Positions 1 through 6,908 of a stretch of DNA of 64,000 nucleotides are shown here, in pieces. Made by a program: the position numbers and the translations under genes. The DNA comes from Chitinophagaceae bacterium (lineage in GTDB: Bacteria > Bacteroidota > Bacteroidia > Chitinophagales > UBA10324). The notes under the pieces were generated by a model that saw nothing but the letters and a program-made list of their open reading frames with translations, was not told where the DNA came from and did not search any database. Within the stretch, counting starts at the first letter, position 1. Every line of letters begins with the position of its first letter. The stretch covers positions 11,463 to 75,462 of the forward strand of contig CANIPU010000008.1 of assembly GCA_947469485.1 (NCBI GenBank), given 5' to 3'.

Positions 1-182
1 ACACTTTGTGAACGATTACCCTTTTTTTGGTGGCGCAAAGATATTCGCACAAGTAAAAAAAGAAAGTGATGTAGAAAATAAATTTATTGCAGCCAATTTA
101 TAGGCTGTTTTCTTGTCTGAAAATGAGAAATATTTTTTTAATAAAGAGGGAATAGCTGTTAAATATTTAATAGCTGATTTTT

Positions 183-395
183 TTATTTCACCTCTTCATA
201 GTCAACATATTCGCCGGCTTTGTCCGAAGTGCTTTTTTTTTCAATTTCTTTTTCCTTCTGCACTATAATAATCCGTTCGGGTTTCTTTTCTGATTTGAAT
301 GATTTGAATGAAAATAAGTTCGGAAACACAAATCGCAAGGCCAATATAATTAGTAGTAAATCAATAATTCGTGAGTCAAGTATGCGGGCAATCAT
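183..395 (-). CDS. small membrane protein, DUF4834-like
   Basis: 70-aa ORF with an N-terminal hydrophobic helix (IIDLLLIILALRFVF), a Lys/Glu-rich linker and an acidic GEYVDYEEVK C-terminus. I associate this layout with the Bacteroidota DUF4834 family; recalled from memory, not searched. Confidence 0.45.
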   Translation of the reverse strand: MIARILDSRIIDLLLIILALRFVFPNLFSFKSFKSEKKPERIIIVQKEKEIEKKSTSDKAGEYVDYEEVK

Positions 396-529
396 ACTGC
401 GAAAATAAGATAGCTAATTTGAATTTCCGTCAACGCAATTTCTTCATGCAAAACCGAAAAGCGCACACTGCAATATTCTCCGCATGAGACAATGCTAGGA
501 CGGGATTGGCTAAGGCACTGGAAGAATAC

Positions 530-549
530 AGATATTCATCGGCACGGTT
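530..549. repeat. left copy of a 20-nt imperfect direct repeat (AGATAttCATCGGCACGGTT)
   Basis: Matches 4573..4592 (AGATAacCATCGGCACGGTT) at 18 of 20 positions, including a 13-nt identical G+C-rich core. Confidence 0.5.
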
Positions 550-854
550 CTATATTTACAGGAACTATGATTTTAATTTCCTTACACATATTGTACAAGT
601 ATGCTAGCGATTTAGTTTCGTTTCGTGGGGACATGAACCGAGGCGGAAAAGACCGTGATCAGATTAAGGTGAGTCAACTAAATAAATGAGTGATGATACA
701 ATACACCTCCTCAATGTCTCACCCTTTAGTTAATTCGATTACGATAACTGATTTTTTTGTGAAGACATTGCGGGGACGGAAATTGAGAAATCAATTGCAG
801 GTCTTTTTTATTTGAGAATACATGATGCAAAAAATTCTTCAACCATAAATCTGA

Positions 855-2744
855 TTGTTCATGAAGAATAAATTTCTTTTCATTTTCATTCTTTCATTTA
901 TAGTTATTAAATGCCAAGCACAGCAATGGTATTCCTTGAATCATGGTTTGATTGGCTCCGGCCAGTATGATAGAGTAAACGCCTTGTGTACTGATTCTAT
1001 ATATAATATTCTTTTTGCAGGTGGCTCATTTCAAACAAATTATTATGGTGATACTTTAAATAATTTATCTTTTTGGGACGGGTCAATTTGGAAGCGTTTA
1101 AATTTTTATCAAAACACTTATATAGGTGTTGGTCGTGAAGTTTCTTGTTTATTAATGTTTCATGGAAAATTAATTATGGGATGGAATGACGCTACATCAA
1201 GTAATAGTACATGGAATTCTGTTACTGAAATTAACATTGACAGCATTACTCAAAATGAAATTAATATTGATACATCAATGGATAATTTATTCGGTAGATT
1301 CAACGATGATGTGAACGCACTTTATATATACAGCGACACTTTATATGTTGCTGGTGCATTTACTTCATATAAAAATCATGGAACAGGTCCTTGGCTACCA
1401 ATGTATCACATTGCAAAATGGAATGGTAGTAGTTTTCAACAAGTCGGTGGTGGTATTGGTGGAACAGAAGTCAATGCACTTGGCGAATGGAATAATAAAT
1501 TAATTGCAGGTGGTTTGTTTGCAAGCGCAGGAGGTATTTATTGTAAAAACATTGCATCATGGGATGGCATAAGTTGGGATTCACTCGGTTCAGGTATCGG
1601 TGTTCAGTGGGATTTCAGTGAATATATTCTTTCAGTTTGTTCCTACCACGGTAAACTTTATGCAGGCGGTGGAGATATAAACATCGGATCCGGAACGGAT
1701 TTGGTATGTTGGGACGGAACAAGTTGGTCGAGTGTCAATGCAAACTTTGTAACCGTAAAAGCATTAAAGGTTTTTAATAATAGACTATACGCCGGTGCCG
1801 GAACATTTTATATTAGTTTACCTGACCCAAATTTTCTATGGCATTTTGTTGCAGAATTTAATGATACTTCATGGAGCTATACAGGTTTAGGTCCTGGTAT
1901 GGCTTCAACTCCTGTGATTTGTGACTTAGCAGTTTTTAATAACCAATTAATTGCTGGAGGAGTGTTTACAGGCATCGGTTATCCCACTGTGTACTGTGGT
2001 TTTGTTGCCCAATACAATCCGGCATCATTACCTGAAATAAACATTTCGACCAGCAATCTTTCCTGTCATGGCATTTGCAATGGAAGTGCAACCGCCAATA
2101 TTTTAGCTAATGGGATTCCCCCTTTTTCATATCAATGGAGTATTGGAGAAACAACACAAATAATTGATAGTTTGTGTGTAGGTTCATACATTGTTGTTGT
2201 TACCGACAGTACGGGCATGTATGTACGAGATACTATTGTTATCATGCAGCCAACACAATTACTCATTACTGATACAAGTGAAAACGCAAGTTGCTCCACT
2301 TGTAACAACGGCACCGCAACAGCAAATGCAAGTGGAGGCACACCGCCGTTCACTTATAATTGGAGCACCGGAGCAACCACCCAAACAGCAGACAGCTTAA
2401 CAGCAGGAACATACTATGTAACAGTTACAGATGATAACGGTTGCGAAAAAATAGATACAGTTGTCGTAGATTTCAACATCGGAATAAATCCATTCACAAC
2501 AAACAATTTTCAATACACCATCTACCCCAATCCTGCCACCGATGAACTAACCATCCAACCCAATTTATCTTTTAACAATTGCAAAATAGAAATCACAAAC
2601 ACAATCGGAGTTAAAATCAGTTCACAAGAAATAAAATCACCAACCACTCAACTTAATATCAAATCACTTCCAATCGGTATTTACTTCATCAAACTCAAAA
2701 TGCAAAACGGGGAAACACAAATCAAAAAATTTGTGAAACAGTAA
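855..2744 (+). CDS. secreted beta-propeller-like protein with two SprB-type repeats and a T9SS type A sorting domain
   Basis: 629-aa ORF starting at TTG 855; ATG at 861 gives the signal peptide MKNKFLFIFIL. Has recurrent W(D/N)G(S/T)xW blade-like motifs (FWDGSIW, AKWNGSSF, ASWDGISW, VCWDGTSW). Has two CxGxCNG...GG(I/T)PPF(S/T)YxWS units. Ends in YPNPATDELTI...GIYFIKL...KFVKQ. Confidence 0.8.
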   Translation: MFMKNKFLFIFILSFIVIKCQAQQWYSLNHGLIGSGQYDRVNALCTDSIYNILFAGGSFQTNYYGDTLNNLSFWDGSIWKRLNFYQNTYIGVGREVSCLLMFHGKLIMGWNDATSSNSTWNSVTEINIDSITQNEINIDTSMDNLFGRFNDDVNALYIYSDTLYVAGAFTSYKNHGTGPWLPMYHIAKWNGSSFQQVGGGIGGTEVNALGEWNNKLIAGGLFASAGGIYCKNIASWDGISWDSLGSGIGVQWDFSEYILSVCSYHGKLYAGGGDINIGSGTDLVCWDGTSWSSVNANFVTVKALKVFNNRLYAGAGTFYISLPDPNFLWHFVAEFNDTSWSYTGLGPGMASTPVICDLAVFNNQLIAGGVFTGIGYPTVYCGFVAQYNPASLPEINISTSNLSCHGICNGSATANILANGIPPFSYQWSIGETTQIIDSLCVGSYIVVVTDSTGMYVRDTIVIMQPTQLLITDTSENASCSTCNNGTATANASGGTPPFTYNWSTGATTQTADSLTAGTYYVTVTDDNGCEKIDTVVVDFNIGINPFTTNNFQYTIYPNPATDELTIQPNLSFNNCKIEITNTIGVKISSQEIKSPTTQLNIKSLPIGIYFIKLKMQNGETQIKKFVKQ

Positions 2745-2751
2745 AACAAAA

Positions 2752-2782
2752 AACCCCGAAGAAAAAATCTCCGGGGGTTTTG
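2752..2782 (+). terminator. rho-independent terminator
   Basis: AACCCCG / CGGGGGTT stem with a 13-nt loop, followed by TTTT, 8 nt after the stop at 2744. Confidence 0.6.
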
Positions 2783-2823
2783 TATTAAAATCTAATCCGC
2801 CCTTGGCGGACTAAAATCTCAAA

Positions 2824-3744
2824 TCAAATTATCTTCTTCATCTTAATCACTAACCGCAAAAGTTTCCCCTTCACAATCGCAACATTATTCAAAGTTTGCG
2901 GATCATAATTTTCCGCTGCAATGTTCAGGGTCATATTTCCCTCCTTCATTTCCAATTGCGAGTAATCAATAATTCCTCTTTCCGAACTGAGTTTTCCCAA
3001 TAATAACGGAAGTTCCACCACTACACACTTCACAACTTTCAGTCGCACATTAGTTATTTCGTCCACCAATGTTAGTCGTAATGCTAAATGTCGCACTCCA
3101 ATTCCCACGGAGGAAAACGCACTCACCATGCTCAGATAAAATTCTGAGTTGCTGTCTTTAAACGGCGCAAGCAATTCTATCAAACCAATTTTTATTTTCT
3201 TCAGAGTTTTAAATTCTAATTTCATATCGTTGGTAGCCGCCTTGCTTGCCACCTTCGATGTTCGCGGCGAAGTTTCAATATCAGTAAATGCTTTTATGTC
3301 ATTTTTCAAAGTCAGCAGCGAAGCGGCATCTATATCATAACCACCTGCAGTGAGCGCCGCAAGGTTATCAGTTCCCTTCTGCAAAATAGTATTCCATCTT
3401 TCCTTCGCCTTGCTGTCCTTTATGTTCAGCAGGTCGGTAATTTCAAAGTCAATTTCAGCGCGCAATGTTTCATTGTCTGTATCAGTCGCAAACGCAGCCA
3501 ATATTTTCGAGTGTGTCCACCCGTTGTTCGCGGCTTTCACTTTTGCATTTCTTTTCGCGGTTGCGTTACCGGTGTTATCTGCTTCCTGCTTATCCATCAG
3601 TTTTTCAATCCGGAGTAGCGATGCATCAAGCAATGCCTTCTTCGCAGCAATCGGAATTTTCAAAGTCCAGATAGCAATGAAATTTTCCATAATTGTTTTT
3701 CCGGTAATCCCGGCTTCGTAGTTTCTGGTTTGTCTGTCTTCCAT
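2824..3744 (-). CDS. hypothetical protein (ORFan), 306 aa
   Basis: Uninterrupted 306-aa ORF in a segment clearly richer in G+C than its neighbours; two 60-nt lines I counted were about 50 percent G+C, against about 30 percent in typical lines elsewhere. No signal peptide and no motif I recognise. The N-terminal two thirds look helical and charged, the C-terminal third beta-rich. The plus-strand ORFs across it are fragmented and low-complexity. Confidence 0.65.
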   Translation of the reverse strand: MEDRQTRNYEAGITGKTIMENFIAIWTLKIPIAAKKALLDASLLRIEKLMDKQEADNTGNATAKRNAKVKAANNGWTHSKILAAFATDTDNETLRAEIDFEITDLLNIKDSKAKERWNTILQKGTDNLAALTAGGYDIDAASLLTLKNDIKAFTDIETSPRTSKVASKAATNDMKLEFKTLKKIKIGLIELLAPFKDSNSEFYLSMVSAFSSVGIGVRHLALRLTLVDEITNVRLKVVKCVVVELPLLLGKLSSERGIIDYSQLEMKEGNMTLNIAAENYDPQTLNNVAIVKGKLLRLVIKMKKII

Positions 3745-3795
3745 AACTTTAAGTTTTTAATTTTTAGTTTTTCACTTTTAACTTTTCACTTATTT

Positions 3796-4005
3796 CTATT
3801 CCTTTAACGCAATCGCTAAGTCACAGGTTATAGGGAATCTTACATGAATTTTATGTGCAATTTTTCCGGGCAGTCCAGTTCCCTCTGTGTCACAGTAATC
3901 GGGACACTGATGTCCTATGAAATAATAAATCAGTTTTTTCCTGACATAATTTTTACAATTAAAATGAAATAACAAATCGTGTTTTCCGTTTAATAAGAAA
4001 ATCAT
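3796..4005 (-). CDS. hypothetical small protein, 69 aa (doubtful)
   Basis: ORF 51 bp upstream of, and co-directional with, the 306-aa gene. Its start lies only 5 bp from the divergent HTH ORF start, leaving no promoter space. No recognisable motif. Confidence 0.25.
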   Translation of the reverse strand: MIFLLNGKHDLLFHFNCKNYVRKKLIYYFIGHQCPDYCDTEGTGLPGKIAHKIHVRFPITCDLAIALKE

Positions 4006-4010
4006 TTTCT

Positions 4011-4274
4011 ATGGAAACCCGTGGTTACTGCACTGTTACACTCACACCCTACTGTTACATCATCTTCACGGCAACCCAGATTATTATTCTGGGTTACCTC
4101 GCCGAAAAAAAATCAGTTCAGGAAATTGCAGGGATAAGGCACACCACCGAAAAAACAATTTACAACGAGATACAGGATATGATGCACAAAATTGATTGCC
4201 ACAGTCAACCGGCTTTTCTAATGGAATGCTTCTACCAGAAACTTCTTTTTCAAAACTGTAACACAGCGGCATAA
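4011..4274 (+). CDS. stand-alone LuxR/GerE-type helix-turn-helix DNA-binding protein, 87 aa
   Basis: Residues 19-70 (FTATQIIILGYLAEKKSVQEIAGIRHTTEKTIYNEIQDMMHKIDCHS) fit the LuxR C-terminal pattern LTxRExxVLxLxAxGxSxKEIAxxLxISxxTVxxHxxxIxxKL. There is no receiver or ligand-binding domain. The true start may be internal. Confidence 0.6.
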   Translation: METRGYCTVTLTPYCYIIFTATQIIILGYLAEKKSVQEIAGIRHTTEKTIYNEIQDMMHKIDCHSQPAFLMECFYQKLLFQNCNTAA

Positions 4275-4306
4275 ATGAATTACTTCGTTATTTATAAAAA
4301 TACAAA

Positions 4307-4580
4307 GCATCCCGCTGAATTTATTCTTGCTTACACCCAATTTATTTATGCTTACATGAAATTTATTTACGCTCGCAACAAATTTTCTTCGTCTTACACT
4401 GAAATTATTTCCACTTGCACGGAAAAGATGTCGTCTTACGCGCAATTTATTTCCGCTTACACACGCTGCAATACCACTTACAATGAAATTATTTCCGCTT
4501 ACACAGTAAAGATGTCAGCTTACGCGCGTTAGATGAATGCTTACACGCAATTTATTGATGCTTACCCGCAATAGATAACC
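4307..4580. repeat. tandem array of 13 x 21-bp degenerate direct repeats (consensus GCTTACACGCAATTTATTTCC)
   Basis: The C-T-(T/C)-(A/G)-C core recurs at 4330, 4351, 4372, 4393, 4414, 4435, 4456, 4477, 4498, 4519, 4540 and 4561, exactly 21 bp apart. A degenerate unit precedes at 4307. Confidence 0.9.
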
Positions 4581-4592
4581 ATCGGCACGGTT
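4573..4592. repeat. right copy of the 20-nt imperfect direct repeat
   Basis: AGATAacCATCGGCACGGTT, 18/20 identical to 530..549. Overlaps the last unit of the 21-bp array. Confidence 0.5.
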
Positions 4593-4728
4593 TGCAAAAC
4601 CATTGTCGCAAAAATTTCTTTTGTTTACAAGAGTTGAATTCACATCATCATAAAAAATAGTTCTGTCGTATCAGGTTTTTTAATCACTGCCGGTATTTTT
4701 TCTTTTAGTTTTGCACACCGGATATCAG

Positions 4729-4767
4729 TAAAAAAATCCCCGATCTCTTTTTAAAGAAACCGGGGAT
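4729..4767 (-). terminator. rho-independent terminator of the 692-aa cargo gene
   Basis: On the minus strand, an AATCCCCG ... CGGGGATT stem followed by a run of 7 T (plus-strand A run 4730-4736), 24 nt downstream of the stop at 4791. Confidence 0.7.
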
Positions 4768-4790
4768 TGGTGTTTTAATCAAAATCTGTA

Positions 4791-6869
4791 TTAATCCTTA
4801 ACGAGTTTTATTATTTGTCTGTTTTCTGTGGTTTGTAGGGTTATAAAATAAATGCCTTTAGCCCATGTTGCGCAATTCAGCTCTGTTGGTTTTATAACAT
4901 TACCCGCTTCAATAATTCTTCCGGCTAAATCCTGCACTATATAATTTGTTGATTCATGGCAATTAATATTAAAACTCTCGTGTGCCGGATTAGGATAAAT
5001 AGTTGCATTTTGGTTGTTGATGCTTGATGTTCCCCCTATTATTTCCTGGTGTAATTCCACAACCGCATTATTAGTTGCAACAGGGCTTAAGTAATCAAAA
5101 TAAATATTTGCCATCTGAGGAATTACAGTTCCGTAAATATTTCCATTGGCCTGCTCAATTTTAAACCGAACAAATCCATGACTTGCAGGTTCGTTTGAAT
5201 TACTATCGGCTAATTCAATGCCGGTGAATTGTAATATCAGTTTGTTGCCAATTACCAACCAGTTGTAACTTGCGCTTGAAGCTCCTGGAGTAATAGAATT
5301 AATAGTTAAATGAGAATCAATAATTGTTTCAACTCTGACATCATGCGCAACTGCTGAACCGGTATTCTGGAAATGAATGGTGTAGGTAAAATCATCATTA
5401 ATTTGTGTTTGTAAATAATCAACAATTCCGTCTTGAGGATGAAGAGTTGAAGAAACAAGCATTGCATTCGGATCAAATGGAACACCAATCTGCACACACA
5501 TATTATCGTTGTTGTTAAACAGTGAACAATCAAATACACCACCGCCAACTGATGCAGCAAAACAATAAGGTGTACCAATAGTATCACATCCGGCCTTAAT
5601 CATAATTACAACAGATGTATCAGCGCCGGCAACCAAATTGCCTAAATCAATCGAATATTGATTATTGCCAAGTGAAGTAAAAGCTACAGGTGAATAAAGT
5701 ATTGAAGTGGAATCATTTAAAGTTAAAGTCACCAATGCATTATCATTCATTGTTCCGTTGTTTGAAACAAATAGTTGAACAAAACCGGTATCACAAACAC
5801 CAAGCGGATCGTTCCCCCACCATAATGTTGAATCAGGCTCACCATAAACCCATATTGAAGTTGTTAAATCGCTGCAATAGTCAACAATAGTATCAGCAAT
5901 CATGTTGTTATCAGTGCTGTCATTATAACCGGCAAATGAGTATAAATAACTTCCGCTAACCGGGCAATTAGTAGCATAATTTTGATTGGCAACATTGTTT
6001 GTTGTCCATGAATAAGTGCCCGGATCAACATACTTACTGTAATATCCCTGCATATCGGTAAACATGTATTGGGTTACACCGCTTGTAGTATCTGTAATCA
6101 CAACAGGCTTATTCATTAAAGGATAATCAGTTCCTCCGTAATTACAATCAAAATCCAAATCAGCAAAAACGCGACCACTGATTCTGTTTTGATTTGTTTG
6201 CGGAGAATAAATACTATCAGGACTGAATAACCATGATTCGTTGTTGGCCGTCCATTGTGTAGGATAATTATAGTTTGATGCAACAAAAGCCTGTGTGCCT
6301 GTTGCGTTTTGTATTCCTAATATGCCTGCACCGGCATTCCATGCAGAGCATAAATCTTTTTGTCGGATATTAATTTCTATGTTGTTTGATCCTTCATATA
6401 AAATCAGTTGACCGGAATAAAATAGATTATTGCAACTGAAAAATGGTATAGAATCAAAAGACATTACAAATTTTCTGCTTGGGGGTAAACCATAAACCTG
6501 ATGATGCATTGTGCCTGTTCCTGTTACCGCTGGTAATAAATCCTGAAACGGGAAATAGATTGAATTCATCGGATTGGTATTTGATGGAATTGGTGTTGAT
6601 ATATTCCATTGACTATAACTGCCTGCACCAGCCAAATCAAAAGTGATATAACTATTGGTACTGAAAAGAAGTTGATTATATGATTGTCCGAAAAAGTAAA
6701 AATCAAAGCCAATAGACATTGGCATGCTATACTGGTCATCCACATAATTCAACACTTCAATACCCGAATCAAAAGGCATTGGATTGTATGGAATCTGGCT
6801 AACAAAATAAGTTTGTGCTTTAACTGAAATTGATGAAATCAGTATTGCAAGAACTAATATTTTTTTCAT
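4791..6869 (-). CDS. secreted protein with T9SS type A sorting domain, 692 aa
   Basis: Signal peptide MKKILVLAILISSISVKAQ. Has the pre-CTD module DPNAM...YTIHFQNTGSAVAHDVRV...NEPASHGFVRFKI, common in Bacteroidota secreted proteins. Ends in YPNPAHESFNI...GIYFITL...KLVKD. Confidence 0.8.
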   Translation of the reverse strand: MKKILVLAILISSISVKAQTYFVSQIPYNPMPFDSGIEVLNYVDDQYSMPMSIGFDFYFFGQSYNQLLFSTNSYITFDLAGAGSYSQWNISTPIPSNTNPMNSIYFPFQDLLPAVTGTGTMHHQVYGLPPSRKFVMSFDSIPFFSCNNLFYSGQLILYEGSNNIEINIRQKDLCSAWNAGAGILGIQNATGTQAFVASNYNYPTQWTANNESWLFSPDSIYSPQTNQNRISGRVFADLDFDCNYGGTDYPLMNKPVVITDTTSGVTQYMFTDMQGYYSKYVDPGTYSWTTNNVANQNYATNCPVSGSYLYSFAGYNDSTDNNMIADTIVDYCSDLTTSIWVYGEPDSTLWWGNDPLGVCDTGFVQLFVSNNGTMNDNALVTLTLNDSTSILYSPVAFTSLGNNQYSIDLGNLVAGADTSVVIMIKAGCDTIGTPYCFAASVGGGVFDCSLFNNNDNMCVQIGVPFDPNAMLVSSTLHPQDGIVDYLQTQINDDFTYTIHFQNTGSAVAHDVRVETIIDSHLTINSITPGASSASYNWLVIGNKLILQFTGIELADSNSNEPASHGFVRFKIEQANGNIYGTVIPQMANIYFDYLSPVATNNAVVELHQEIIGGTSSINNQNATIYPNPAHESFNINCHESTNYIVQDLAGRIIEAGNVIKPTELNCATWAKGIYFITLQTTENRQIIKLVKD

Positions 6870-6908
6870 AAAAAAATTAAATTTAAAAAAGTTCTGAAAA
6901 TTATTCCT

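Noticed and set aside
27-52. Minus-strand ...GCGAATATCTTTGCGCCACCA, resembling a tRNA or tmRNA 3-prime end
   Set aside because: No proper T-arm (GTTCRANNC with a paired stem) can be drawn, and the upstream sequence (60-130) is AT-rich without a cloverleaf.
492-689. 65-aa ORF in the unassigned region
   Set aside because: No ribosome-binding context, odd composition (His/Arg/Trp-rich) and no motif. The region is reported instead as unassigned non-coding.
3149-3721. Three plus-strand ORFs (63, 123 and 69 aa) inside the G+C-richer segment
   Set aside because: They are fragmented, overlap each other, are Ser/Phe/Ala-rich low complexity, and lie antisense to a single uninterrupted 306-aa ORF. They are typical shadow ORFs of G+C-richer DNA.
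4218-4445. 75-aa minus-strand ORF across the same array
   Set aside because: Same reasoning; it also overlaps the 3-prime end of the HTH gene in antisense.
4275-4532. 85-aa ORF with a striking heptad repeat (AYTQFIY AYMKFIY ...), which could be read as a coiled-coil protein
   Set aside because: The invariant nucleotides fall on third codon positions while first positions vary. The repeat continues in phase past the stop codon, and the opposite strand gives an equally open ORF. This points to a DNA-level repeat rather than a protein.
4307-4580. CRISPR array
   Set aside because: The units are contiguous with no spacers, only 21 bp long and degenerate, and no cas genes are in the window.
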